Of a stretch of DNA of 64,000 nt, positions 38,186 through 47,290 are shown piece after piece. Source of the stretch: an uncultured virus (IMG/VR IMGVR_UViG_3300035670_000196) (taxonomy: Duplodnaviria > Heunggongvirae > Uroviricota > Caudoviricetes); the IMG/VR virus record IMGVR_UViG_3300035670_000196. The stretch is one strand, 5' to 3'. Every line of letters begins with the position of its first letter. The first letter of the stretch is position 1. The translations under genes and the position numbers were made by a program. The notes below the pieces were generated by a model. It ran no database searches, was not told the DNA's origin, and saw nothing but the letters and a program-made list of their open reading frames with translations.

Positions 38186-38509
38186 CTACGCATCCGCGAA
38201 AACGGACTCATCGGCCGCCTTCGCCCAAGTGATGGGCAGGCAGCGCCCATCATCATCCATAGCCAAAAGCTTTTCCTTGACCGCTGGGGAGCAGTTCCAG
38301 ACGACCCGGACAGGATTGACAAATTGGCTTTCCCAGTTAAGCCAAAAGACTTCACCTAGTAGATGAGTCTTTACGACGCCATGGACGGCAGCGTTGCGCC
38401 AGTTTTCTGGCGTATCTTCGATGAGTTCAAAAACTTGAGTCCCAAAGGAGCCAGACCACCCATGGGCAGACTCAATTAATAGTCGTTGCGGTGCTTTATT
38501 GAAAGTCAT
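38186..38509 (-). CDS. Hypothetical protein
   Basis: RBS AAGGA; operon context. Confidence 0.55.
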   Translation of the reverse strand: MTFNKAPQRLLIESAHGWSGSFGTQVFELIEDTPENWRNAAVHGVVKTHLLGEVFWLNWESQFVNPVRVVWNCSPAVKEKLLAMDDDGRCLPITWAKAADESVFADA

Positions 38510-38628
38510 TTGCCGCGTTCCTTTTGCTCAACTTTCTATATAGTAGGGCAACAGGAAGCCACTTGTCAACCACTTTCCTGAAAAATTTTTGCCCCAAGTC
38601 GAGATCTCGACTTGGGGCTGGTGAATAT

Positions 38629-38844
38629 TTAGCGGCTAGCGTGCCACATGCCCAGTTGAAACAAGTTAGAGCAAGGTTTACCAGTTGTTCGCCCGATAAA
38701 CTCTCTTAGCCGTAAAACCCGCTTTCGCACGGTGTTGTGCGATAAGTACATGGCTTGTGCGACCTGTAACGTTGTCATGCCTTGGCCTAGCAGTTCAAGG
38801 ATCTGCTCATCGCGTGTATCTGGCTGTGTCTTAAATCGCATCAT
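38629..38844 (-). CDS. LuxR-type HTH protein
   Basis: RDEQILELLGQGMTT.QVA..MYLS.NTVRK. Confidence 0.8.
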   Translation of the reverse strand: MMRFKTQPDTRDEQILELLGQGMTTLQVAQAMYLSHNTVRKRVLRLREFIGRTTGKPCSNLFQLGMWHASR

Positions 38845-39353
38845 TACAAATCCATGGGTAACATACAGCGCCATTCATCCGCCCATTGAAAGGGAACATT
38901 AGCCGCCTTAGCCGCCTGCTCATCTTCATCCCGGTCTCCGACGAAGAGCACGCGATTGTATCCTTGCCTTAGGTAGGTGATCATGCCGGCGTTTGGCTTG
39001 CGGAATCTTAAAGCATCAGAGTAAATAGTAATGTAAGGGGGGAGAACTCCCTCAAGGACGATCGCTTCGCCTAGATGCTTTTCATGCCAAGGGGCAAGCA
39101 TCGCCATAGGGATGCCGGTTAACTCCATGGTGTAAATTACCTCGTCAATTGCATCCTTTAAGGTTTTATATCCACTGGCAACGCCCCCTTGATTAGTCGC
39201 TATGGCCAGATCCCACCCTGCACAGCGATACTGGTCGAGTCGATCAAGCACCCACTTGTACATAGCTTGAGCTTTTGGGCGCGTTACAAAATCTCCCCCG
39301 TTAATCGGATAAGTAAGTGTTCCGTCCTTATCCAAAATCAGAAGTTTTCTCAT
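38844..39353 (-). CDS. HAD-IIIA phosphatase (GmhB/HisB/PNK 3'-phosphatase-like)
   Basis: LDKDGT, TNQGG, RKP and VGDRDED motifs. Confidence 0.85.
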   Translation of the reverse strand: MRKLLILDKDGTLTYPINGGDFVTRPKAQAMYKWVLDRLDQYRCAGWDLAIATNQGGVASGYKTLKDAIDEVIYTMELTGIPMAMLAPWHEKHLGEAIVLEGVLPPYITIYSDALRFRKPNAGMITYLRQGYNRVLFVGDRDEDEQAAKAANVPFQWADEWRCMLPMDL

Positions 39354-39376
39354 TGTCTATTCCAAAAAACTACAAA

Positions 39377-39907
39377 TCAAAGCAGCTCGTCAGGACGTGC
39401 GGACGACCAATCAACCATACGTGCTGCGCCATTGAATCTAAGACGAGCATGCACGGCCTTGCTGGTGATAGATATATATCTGATTTCCGCAGATGGCCAA
39501 CGACTATGTAACCAAGCGCGAGTTTGCGACGCAATGATTAGCCGCCTTTTCTTAATTGCCTGAAGTTTTTGTTCGACAATCTGCCTTTTAGCCAGACATT
39601 CCGCACTGCAAAACAGATAACGGCCATGCTCCTGTAATCCATCAGTGTCAACAGAAACATCTACCGTGCAGTGGTCGCAGGGCCAAGCTGATAGAACGCC
39701 ATCTTCAAGTAGCGTCAGTGGAGGCACATAGCCCTGCTCAGCAAAATGATCGTACTGGGATGCTCGTTCCACTTCACTATCTGGGTGCATCATCCGAGCC
39801 CATGCCTCGGATGAATAAAAAATAACGTCCCATGCTGGTTCGTCAAAATCATCGGCCATATTTACTAGGTACGCCTGCGCAAAATGCCGCTGCGTGTTTT
39901 TTGCCAT
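39377..39907 (-). CDS. Hypothetical protein with Zn-binding motifs
   Basis: CDHC...FCSAEC. Flanked by 19-bp direct repeats. Confidence 0.6.
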   Translation of the reverse strand: MAKNTQRHFAQAYLVNMADDFDEPAWDVIFYSSEAWARMMHPDSEVERASQYDHFAEQGYVPPLTLLEDGVLSAWPCDHCTVDVSVDTDGLQEHGRYLFCSAECLAKRQIVEQKLQAIKKRRLIIASQTRAWLHSRWPSAEIRYISITSKAVHARLRFNGAARMVDWSSARPDELL

Positions 39908-39935
39908 TTATCTATTCCAAAAAACTACATTACTA

Positions 39936-39995
39936 TCATCCCACACTATTCTTAACGTAACTAAGCTTGTATGCCACTTTGTTTTTATTGGCACA
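39936..39995 (-). promoter_or_regulatory. Dispersed operator/promoter motif copy
   Basis: Minus strand reads TGTGCCA-N12-TGGCATA ... GTGTGGGATGAT. Confidence 0.6.
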
Positions 39996-39997
39996 GC

Positions 39998-41569
39998 CTA
40001 GAACAAACCTAGAAAATCATCTAAAACGCTCGAACTATCAGCAGTATCGGGCAATGCACAAACCCAAGCGCCCTGTTGTCGAATCACGGTAATTAGCGAC
40101 GTATGGCGTTTTAGAGCAGGAATTACCGCCGTCTCCAGTCGATCGCCGTTGCACCCAGCAAACTGGGTACCTGCCAGTAAATCTAGCAGTCGCCCCGACC
40201 GTTGCCCCGACTGAGTTAGTTGATAGGCGATTTGTTCAGCTAGTTCCCGGCTACCAACAGCGCCTTCATGCCCAGCAAACAAACCCTGTCCTAGTGTCGG
40301 CGGGGGCGCAACCCTGGGCAGTTCAGCAATCGCATGATCGTATTCTTTGGGGACAGATAACCATTGCTGCAACGTGCTCAAGTAAGCCGCACGCCCACTG
40401 CCAGCCCATACATCAGCAGGCGGTTCAGCCCCTTCAAACGAGCTGTGACCCACGATTGTAGCGATATTACGCTGTGTCGCCAAATAGCAACGATGGAAAT
40501 AATCACGCCCAGATTTTTCCATCCCGTTTTGCCTTAATCCCACCGCATTAGATCCCACCCAAACAATAAGCCCCCGTGACCGGCCCATAGACGCAAATCG
40601 GGAAATAGTACTGATGAATTGTTTTTTGTACGATGGAGTCAGCGCTGCCACAATGGCGGGCAACTCGTCCACCCAGAGGATTTTATGGGGTGACGGGTCG
40701 GTATAGAATCGGTCGATCAGATCTTTGATGCCTTCGTCGATCCTTTTTCGGGCGCTGCTATCTAGGTTAGGGTTTGCTGCATCGAAGTGATACCGTTGCC
40801 CCGTGGGAATGATGGCCCACCGCTTGTATTCCCGAGGGTCGGCTTTTGGGTCAATCCCCCACAGTGATACTCCAGGGATTTTGTTATTTGCCAGCATCAA
40901 AGCGAACGTCGCTAATGTGCCCTTGCCTGCCCCTGATGCCCCAGTAATAAACCAGGATCGGAGGTTGCCGTCCTCCAACGCGACTAATTCATCGGCTACC
41001 GAGGACAAGGTAACTGATGGTGGGGTGAGAGGCTTAGGAGGTTGGCCTGTAGGTGTCGATGGCAATGGCTCCATTTCCCAATCCGTTGGGGCTGGCCCTG
41101 GTTCATATTCGCTAACTTTCGGTTCAGTGTAAACCGGTGGTGGAGTGATAATTGGGCCAGTGTGCGTCCTTACGGGAATCCCAGGGGTGTCGTGAGCGGC
41201 AAACGGATTATCCCCTCCGTACTGGGTTAAATCTTGGGCTGCCTGTACATCAATTGCATTTAGTCGTGTCTCTGCGCCAATACCATCGGAAGAATCTTTG
41301 GCGGGTGGCAATGCTGGCCCATCGCTAGCCCATGCGTACAGGCGTTTAGGCGCCTTAGGTGTGCTGGGTTTACTCGCCGCTTTCCAATCGTTCGCAGCTG
41401 CCACTAGGACTAATGGAGCAATGAACCAGCCTAGGTTAGCCGCCAGTACCCCACCGCCGATCAGGTAAGTGACAGCAAGCAGTGATGGGTGAGCGATGAC
41501 CCGTCCGACCGCCCACGGTTCACAACCGAAAGTGTTTTGATAGCAAATCTCATTGTGCTGCTGGCTCAT
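39998..41569 (-). CDS. Membrane-anchored FtsK/VirD4-like P-loop ATPase
   Basis: Two N-terminal TM segments, Pro-rich linker, GASGAGKG, IDPK, LWVDE and GRSRG arginine finger. Confidence 0.75.
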   Translation of the reverse strand: MSQQHNEICYQNTFGCEPWAVGRVIAHPSLLAVTYLIGGGVLAANLGWFIAPLVLVAAANDWKAASKPSTPKAPKRLYAWASDGPALPPAKDSSDGIGAETRLNAIDVQAAQDLTQYGGDNPFAAHDTPGIPVRTHTGPIITPPPVYTEPKVSEYEPGPAPTDWEMEPLPSTPTGQPPKPLTPPSVTLSSVADELVALEDGNLRSWFITGASGAGKGTLATFALMLANNKIPGVSLWGIDPKADPREYKRWAIIPTGQRYHFDAANPNLDSSARKRIDEGIKDLIDRFYTDPSPHKILWVDELPAIVAALTPSYKKQFISTISRFASMGRSRGLIVWVGSNAVGLRQNGMEKSGRDYFHRCYLATQRNIATIVGHSSFEGAEPPADVWAGSGRAAYLSTLQQWLSVPKEYDHAIAELPRVAPPPTLGQGLFAGHEGAVGSRELAEQIAYQLTQSGQRSGRLLDLLAGTQFAGCNGDRLETAVIPALKRHTSLITVIRQQGAWVCALPDTADSSSVLDDFLGLF

Positions 41570-41623
41570 CCGTGTTCCTCTCAGGACTCAGACCAGGGTA
41601 TTGCCCCTGGTAAAAATCGTGAG

Positions 41624-42217
41624 TTACGCCGCTTTTTGTCGATGGGCATGACGAATACTGAGGATTAGGATTACTCCTAGCGCGACAAATACCTCAAAAG
41701 CAAATAGCAGCGCACAAATAATCAAAATCGCATTGCCGTCAAACGCGAACCAATCAATTCGCAACCGCGCTGCATCCCATAACAATGCGCTAATTCCCCC
41801 TTGGTAAGGCGGATGTTGAGCGGTTGCAACTAAAGCCTCAGCCACAGTCCCGGAGACACTGAGAATGTTTACTTTTTCCCGCATCGATGGGCTTAGCTTA
41901 ATTGCGTGCGAGTGCATCAATAAAAAAGTCACTTGACACACGTTGAAAAACACAAAAAAAGCACCGCCGACAAACACGACCGGATCGCCTAGCAATGCTT
42001 TAATCAGCCCCCCAACAATGGGCAGCCACGTCAACATCCGAACAAAGATCAAATCATTGACTGACCCCATAAATGTGGCTGCCCATGCTACCCATGGATC
42101 AAGGCTGAGGCTAAGGATAATCGCCGCTACGAGCCCCAGGACGACCCACAACCCAAACTCTAAAATCCTCCACCATCCAATTTTTTTAAACAGCCCCGTC
42201 GCTTTTGCTTGCGTCAT
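41624..42217 (-). CDS. Multi-pass membrane protein
   Basis: Several long hydrophobic segments. Confidence 0.7.
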   Translation of the reverse strand: MTQAKATGLFKKIGWWRILEFGLWVVLGLVAAIILSLSLDPWVAWAATFMGSVNDLIFVRMLTWLPIVGGLIKALLGDPVVFVGGAFFVFFNVCQVTFLLMHSHAIKLSPSMREKVNILSVSGTVAEALVATAQHPPYQGGISALLWDAARLRIDWFAFDGNAILIICALLFAFEVFVALGVILILSIRHAHRQKAA

Positions 42218-42221
42218 CTCA

Positions 42222-42674
42222 TCACCTCTTAATCAACTCAACAAACCGCTCTCGATCTTTAGGCCGAACTACGGCAATTCCGATGATTGCCCCATCCGGC
42301 CCAACCTCGCCCGACTCCCCAAACGAGTTGCAGACCAATTGCCCAGGGCTGATCACTTGGCCATTAGCCCGACTAACGACCTGCAACGACTCAGAAAAAA
42401 ACAGGGGCTCTCCTGTTTCCGAGTCGACGACTTCAACACAAGCCCCCGACTCTGCCCTAGCCATCGCTAAATCGTGACGACTTTCGATCAGCCTTACCTG
42501 ATCCTGAGCAGATTCAGTTAGCGCTCGCTGTGGTGCAGTCGTCGCCGCCCGTTGAGCATTAACAACCTGAATCTGCTGTAACCGTGGCCATGTTGCGATC
42601 GTGGCTAAAACTGCACACGTGAAAACCACATGGCCCGTGTTAATGATGTACCTATTCGTCGCTGTCATTTTCAC
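42222..42674 (-). CDS. Membrane-anchored protein with paired Cys
   Basis: N-terminal TM/signal segment; GAC...VCNSFG motif. Confidence 0.6.
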   Translation of the reverse strand: MKMTATNRYIINTGHVVFTCAVLATIATWPRLQQIQVVNAQRAATTAPQRALTESAQDQVRLIESRHDLAMARAESGACVEVVDSETGEPLFFSESLQVVSRANGQVISPGQLVCNSFGESGEVGPDGAIIGIAVVRPKDRERFVELIKR

Positions 42675-43068
42675 CCCCTGCCGTTAATTGGCGTTGCTGT
42701 GTCGGGGTAGCAGCTGGTAGCCCTAGACGGATCTCGTCGACCGTGGCAGCAAACGATTGCATAACTCGTTGGCGGTCGTCATCGGCTTCCATAGCGGTGA
42801 TTTCTAGCGCTTCAACCCAGTCAGGATCCAGAGCTAGCCCTAACGACGGCTGCTCAGTCGGGGCTGACATTGCCATCATTGCAGCTTGTACAATCGATTC
42901 CCCCGTCAAATGGCGGGTCAGGCGCTGGCCCAATACCGCCCCGACTCGCTCAGCTAAAGCATCGGCAACTTCAATCTGAGCCACCAACGCCTGAGCTGCT
43001 TCCTGTACAGCCCCCGCTAAATTAACGCCACTAACACTTGTCTGTACTGCATTTTGCGGAATTGCCAT
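42652..43068 (-). CDS. Hypothetical helical protein
   Basis: Start MAIPQ after RBS GAGG. Confidence 0.55.
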   Translation of the reverse strand: MAIPQNAVQTSVSGVNLAGAVQEAAQALVAQIEVADALAERVGAVLGQRLTRHLTGESIVQAAMMAMSAPTEQPSLGLALDPDWVEALEITAMEADDDRQRVMQSFAATVDEIRLGLPAATPTQQRQLTAGGENDSDE

Positions 43069-43078
43069 TTTCGATCCT

Positions 43079-43387
43079 CTACTTGATTGACTGTTCGTAC
43101 ATGATTCGCGCTTGATTACGGCCATATGTCAGCTTGTGAGCCAAAAACCACAGAAGGCTGTCAACATGGGCTTCCCGATACACCATCGTCCGAGGGGTAT
43201 GCTTACCCTCTAGTAAATCCGCACACTCGATCCAATAATCCAGCGTACGGGGTGGCACAGGCGCATTAGTTGCAGCCCTTGCCACAGCCTTCATGTCAGC
43301 CCAGCTATACCGATCCCGAGCAGGACAAGTCACGGTGATCTCAACCGCCCCCAACACCACTCGTTTCGTTAAATCGCAAGCCAGCAC
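43079..43387 (-). CDS. MerR-like HTH protein (putative)
   Basis: VPPRTLDYW...Y....V..L pattern; first gene of the ATPase operon. Confidence 0.45.
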   Translation of the reverse strand: MLACDLTKRVVLGAVEITVTCPARDRYSWADMKAVARAATNAPVPPRTLDYWIECADLLEGKHTPRTMVYREAHVDSLLWFLAHKLTYGRNQARIMYEQSIK

Positions 43388-43469
43388 GTCCGTAACCTCA
43401 GCACGTCTATATCTAAATTATATCCATCACATCGCAATGGCAACTAATATAAATGTACTGGTTTTTAGG

Positions 43470-43580
43470 GTTTTCACAAGTTTTCAAAAGTTTTCACATT
43501 CTAGGATGCTTGTGTGTCAAGGGTTTCAAAAAATGCGTGTAAAAACTTTTATGGGTGCGTGTGAAAACTTGTGAAAACTT
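43470..43580. repeat. Convergent arrays of GTTTTCA(C/A)A repeats
   Basis: GTTTTCACAA GTTTTCAAAA GTTTTCACA ... GTGAAAACTT GTGAAAACTT. Confidence 0.85.
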
Positions 43581-43691
43581 TTTGTGGTGCAGTTGCGGTG
43601 TGTGGGCAATAAAAACCGCCGTTGGGGTGAACGGCGGTTGGGCTTAAGTTGCGAATGTGGAGATTGCGGACGCTAGCCGCATTTTGATGCT

Positions 43692-43985
43692 TTATTCGTC
43701 GTCTTCATCCCCGACGAACCAGCGGTCATCGCCGATAAAGACGCCAAAGTTGCTAGGCCCTGCCCACCAGATTGTCGCCCCGTCGGGGGTCACAATCTGG
43801 GCAGACCGTTCGTCAACTTGACGATCTCCCTCGGGGAGGCCAGTAATGAAGGCATCATCCTCGTCCTTTCGGACGTGCCAATCTGACTGGGCACGCCAGA
43901 ACTCGTTGTTTGGCTGTCCCTCAGCAGACCAAGCGGCCAGTGCGGCCTTATGCCGCGTCTGAATGACCAGGGCTCGCAGTCCCAT
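43692..43985 (-). CDS. Hypothetical protein
   Basis: ORF followed by the hairpin AACCGCCGTT...AACGGCGGTT near 43614-43639. Confidence 0.5.
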   Translation of the reverse strand: MGLRALVIQTRHKAALAAWSAEGQPNNEFWRAQSDWHVRKDEDDAFITGLPEGDRQVDERSAQIVTPDGATIWWAGPSNFGVFIGDDRWFVGDEDDE

Positions 43986-44073
43986 GAAGGTATTGATGTC
44001 GATGTGGCTTTCGAGTTGGATCTTAATTTGTTCGTTTATTTGTTTGCTCGCTTAACTACTTTTTCAAAAAACT

Positions 44074-44101
44074 GGCAGTTGTTAGAGCGGATGCCAGCCG
44101 C
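44074..44101 (-). repeat. 28-bp structured intergenic repeat, copy 1
   Basis: Identical to 45871-45898. Confidence 0.85.
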
Positions 44102-44110
44102 CTGGGGACA

Positions 44111-44338
44111 CTAACGTAAGGAAGACCAGTCGTTTTCTAGCACAACAAAAGTCTCCGTTCCCGGTGCGTCACACTTGGCGTAACCGGCCTCAATCAACTC
44201 GTCTTCAGTGTCCTCGGAAGAAAGGGGATAGACTTCGCAAAAGTCATAATCCTTGTGCCCCCAATAACACCCGAGGTCATCCTTGACAATTTTGTCAAAC
44301 ACGTAGTAATTAATCATCTTTCTTTCGCTCTCGCTCAA
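44111..44338 (-). CDS. Small acidic protein
   Basis: Downstream of the promoter motif at 44349-44418. Confidence 0.5.
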   Translation of the reverse strand: MSESERKMINYYVFDKIVKDDLGCYWGHKDYDFCEVYPLSSEDTEDELIEAGYAKCDAPGTETFVVLENDWSSLR

Positions 44339-44348
44339 CTACCCTTCT

Positions 44349-44418
44349 ACTATCCCACACTATTTCTATTTTGTGTGGGGTAATGTGCCACTTTCTTTAT
44401 TCTGGGGCAAGTGGCACA
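44349..44418 (-). promoter_or_regulatory. Dispersed operator/promoter motif copy
   Basis: TGTGCCA-N21-TGGCACA ... GTGTGGGATAGT. Confidence 0.6.
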
Positions 44419-44446
44419 TGGCAATCAACTAATGTCAACCCTAAGA

Positions 44447-44656
44447 TTATTGGCTTGCCTCCGATGTTTCCCACATGGCAGAGCTACTGTAGCGGATTGA
44501 TGGTAGTTCATGGCTTAATACGGGTATCCAGCCATTTTCGCGAGATTCTTCACACAAAACAATAATTTCACATGCCATTGTTTTTACAGCTATAAAATCT
44601 TCAGGCAAGTCGCAATCGCTTGCGTACAAAAACCATTGCACTCTATTTTGTGGCAT
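44447..44656 (-). CDS. Hypothetical protein
   Basis: Operon context. Confidence 0.4.
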   Translation of the reverse strand: MPQNRVQWFLYASDCDLPEDFIAVKTMACEIIVLCEESRENGWIPVLSHELPSIRYSSSAMWETSEASQ

Positions 44657-44659
44657 TTC

Positions 44660-45103
44660 TTATTCCTCGCTAAGTGTATTTTCATGTTGGGCTTCCTCTG
44701 CCCAACGCTTTTCCCTTGCTTTCAAGTAGCCCCAAGGCATTACGTCAACTTCTTTGATGTCTTGGATTTTTGGCCAGCTTGTAAGGTCTGCTCGGATCTC
44801 GGCCCAAGCCTGTTTACGCGAACGAGCGGTAACTTGGCCTACGAATGCATTGCGCCATAGCCCACGACCAGCAAAGCCACGGCTAAAATCGACAATCGCA
44901 TAGCGGATCGCCCTAGGTGTCGGCTTCGGTTTGCCTTTGCTGCTTTTCTTAGGCCGACCTGCCCGCTTGCGATCTTCAGGTCGAGTCCAGGTGATACTGC
45001 AACGATAGCAGCGGTATTGTTTGGTACCGCTGCTGAGGGTTTGGTTTATGCCCCCTGGGGTACCACATTGCGGGCAGGGGGGCTTGCGGGGGTTGTTAGG
45101 CAT
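44660..45103 (-). CDS. Zn-ribbon (InsA-N-like) plus AT-hook protein
   Basis: CPQCG...G.KQYRCYRC and RAGRPKK. Start MPNNP overlaps the upstream stop. Confidence 0.55.
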   Translation of the reverse strand: MPNNPRKPPCPQCGTPGGINQTLSSGTKQYRCYRCSITWTRPEDRKRAGRPKKSSKGKPKPTPRAIRYAIVDFSRGFAGRGLWRNAFVGQVTARSRKQAWAEIRADLTSWPKIQDIKEVDVMPWGYLKAREKRWAEEAQHENTLSEE

Positions 45104-45770
45104 TGCATACAACCCGAAAGCCTGTAGCAGAGTTACCTTCGCAACTGTAGCTACGATATGCAGATCTACAAAATTCCTTGGGCGAACTCCACGATCCGCC
45201 TCGCACCACCCGCATAAATGACATTCCTTTGGCAAGCCACGCACTGCCGTCATTAGGGGCACCGTCATAAGTGTCATGCCAATGATCTTGACACCATTCG
45301 CAATAGTTGGTGTGCATACCGTAAAGCCCAAAGGCATTTACCCGAAAATCGCCGTCAGTCACGGAGATGGTATTCCCCGTATGAAATGGGGTAGTCGTGC
45401 CTGACCGACAAGCATATTCCCACTCCGCCTCGGTGGGCAGCCGATAATTACGCCCAGTTGCTTTAGATAGTTGAGCGCAAAACTCGACCGCATCGAACCA
45501 AGAGACTTGTTCGACCGGGCGGTCGTCACCCTCAACGTAAGACGGGTTTGGATTTAAGTCGATTTGATTTTTAGGCAAAGTGGCGACGATTCGCCATTGC
45601 TCTTGGGTCACAGGGTATTTCCCCATTAAAAATGGGGGTACCGTTACTTTGTGTTGTGGCCCTTCGTCGGGGAACCGCCCCGGCTCAGATTCGGGGGAAC
45701 CCATAAGGAATGTGCCGCCAGGGATGGCGGCCAGTTCGATTAGATCAAGCGGATGTACTAAAGGTGTCAT
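45096..45770 (-). CDS. FGE-sulfatase (CLec-fold) domain protein
   Basis: [41 protein letters not shown] and GFRVV motifs. Confidence 0.9.
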   Translation of the reverse strand: MTPLVHPLDLIELAAIPGGTFLMGSPESEPGRFPDEGPQHKVTVPPFLMGKYPVTQEQWRIVATLPKNQIDLNPNPSYVEGDDRPVEQVSWFDAVEFCAQLSKATGRNYRLPTEAEWEYACRSGTTTPFHTGNTISVTDGDFRVNAFGLYGMHTNYCEWCQDHWHDTYDGAPNDGSAWLAKGMSFMRVVRGGSWSSPKEFCRSAYRSYSCEGNSATGFRVVCNA

Positions 45771-45870
45771 TTTGTTACCTGCAGATGCTTTTCTAATGTG
45801 AGTTTGACACTAGGACGCTAAATCATGGACAGCTCCATCGTCTTTACTGCTTATTTTTCAAAAAAAAACC

Positions 45871-45898
45871 GGCAGTTGTTAGAGCGGATGCCAGCCGC
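45871..45898 (-). repeat. 28-bp structured intergenic repeat, copy 2
   Basis: Identical to 44074-44101. Confidence 0.85.
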
Positions 45899-45908
45899 TT
45901 TTGATGCG

Positions 45909-46286
45909 CTATACCCCGTGCTTTTCTGCATCCTCGCGACTCTGATGTTCGGCAAGAATTTCTTCCAACCGCCCCGATTCATTCCATGATTCAAAGACGC
46001 GCATGGCGTCGTGAATCATGGACTCCTTGATGTCGTCGTCGCCCAGAACCACGTCAGGTGCGGTAGGTGCCACCGCCTTGACATATTCTTTGACTGATTC
46101 GATGACCACTGCATCTGCCAAGATACGTGGCTCGTTCGGGGCCAAATCAAACTCAGCTTCAATCCACTGAGCAAAAGCATCAACAACCTGATCCTGTAAG
46201 CGGTACCGCGCTTTTACCTGCGGTTTTTGCCTGACAGCCTTCTGTTTAGGCGTGAAAACGGAACCGCGCTTCTTGATAGTCTTCAT
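45909..46286 (-). CDS. Hypothetical protein
   Basis: Downstream of a promoter motif copy, with GAGAG RBS. Confidence 0.6.
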   Translation of the reverse strand: MKTIKKRGSVFTPKQKAVRQKPQVKARYRLQDQVVDAFAQWIEAEFDLAPNEPRILADAVVIESVKEYVKAVAPTAPDVVLGDDDIKESMIHDAMRVFESWNESGRLEEILAEHQSREDAEKHGV

Positions 46287-46314
46287 TTACTTTCTCTCAA
46301 TCAACTACATTCCC

Positions 46315-46383
46315 AATATCCCACACTATTTCTATCTTGTGTGGGCAAATGTGCCACTTTCTACAAAATCACGAATTGGCACA
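46315..46383 (-). promoter_or_regulatory. Dispersed operator/promoter motif copy
   Basis: TGTGCCA-N20-TGGCACA ... GTGTGGGATATT. Confidence 0.6.
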
Positions 46384-46419
46384 ACGACGATCGCGCTACC
46401 CTAGAAGAAAAAGCGAGCC

Positions 46420-46608
46420 ATGACGAATCCACCGCCACCACCGCCCCAGCAGTCGCCACAGTCGCAACGCCCTCGCGTTGTGGAGGTGTTGTTGGCGCAT
46501 ATTCAAAAGATAGAACGGCGACTTGATGGGCTGCACGATCGCATGATTGAGATGAGCGTTGACGCGGCAAAGCATAGGGAGGCGTCTGGTCACTTAATAG
46601 CAAAATAA
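46420..46608 (+). CDS. Small Pro-rich/coiled-coil protein
   Basis: 62-aa ORF. Confidence 0.35.
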   Translation: MTNPPPPPPQQSPQSQRPRVVEVLLAHIQKIERRLDGLHDRMIEMSVDAAKHREASGHLIAK

Positions 46609-46645
46609 CGGTATAATTCGGGGCGAATAGTAATTTGCCAGAATT

Positions 46646-47290
46646 ATGTATATCACCCCGAAGGAAGCACAAAAAAAATACGGGTATCACCCCAAGACTT
46701 TAGCCAATTGGGCGGACGACGGGAAAATACAGTTCACTAAATCACCTGGCGGACACAGGCGCTATGCGGTGGCTAGCTTAGAAGCCGTAGCAAGCGATCC
46801 AACAAAAGAGATTATCTGCTATGTCAGAGTTTCAACTAGATCCCAGAAAGACGATTTGCAAAATCAGCTTGATTATGTCAGTAGCCACTACCCACAGGCT
46901 GAGTGTATTACCGACTACGGCAGCGGACTTAATTTTAAGCGTAAACGATTCCTGAAGCTAATGGAACGAGTTTCAAGGCGGGAAGTCGCGACGATAGTCG
47001 TTGCTCACAAAGATCGCCTTTGCCGCTTCGGCTTCGATTTTGTCGAATGGTTCTGTCAATTGAACGGTTGTCAAATAAAGGTTCTGAACAATACCTACAA
47101 GCCACCGCATCAAGAGCTTATGGAAGATTTCATGGCGATAATGCACTGCTTTAGCAGCAAGCTGTATTTTTTGAGGCGATATGAAAAAGAAATTCGGAAT
47201 GAATCGGAAAAAGCGGAACAATGTGATATAATATGTCTATCCACTGAAGAAGGTCGAACTGATGGGGCTCAAGCGGAAGAAGGGATTTAA
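46646..47290 (+). CDS. tnpA: IS607 TnpA serine transposase
   Basis: N-terminal HTH (TL..W...G....PGGHRRY), YVRVST..QKDDL..Q, GSGLNFKRK, HKDRL.RFGF and ELMED. Confidence 0.95.
   Translation: MYITPKEAQKKYGYHPKTLANWADDGKIQFTKSPGGHRRYAVASLEAVASDPTKEIICYVRVSTRSQKDDLQNQLDYVSSHYPQAECITDYGSGLNFKRKRFLKLMERVSRREVATIVVAHKDRLCRFGFDFVEWFCQLNGCQIKVLNNTYKPPHQELMEDFMAIMHCFSSKLYFLRRYEKEIRNESEKAEQCDIICLSTEEGRTDGAQAEEGI

Noticed and set aside
44660..45337. IS1 element, and the 225-aa ORF as listed
   Set aside because: Only a Zn ribbon is present, with no DDE domain or terminal repeats. The N-terminal extension overlaps the FGE gene, so the start was moved to 45103.
45096..45770. Diversity-generating retroelement
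   Set aside because: No reverse transcriptase, avd or template repeat is visible in the window.
46646..47290. Phage integrase
   Set aside because: N-terminal HTH plus small serine-recombinase domain next to tnpB identifies IS607 TnpA.
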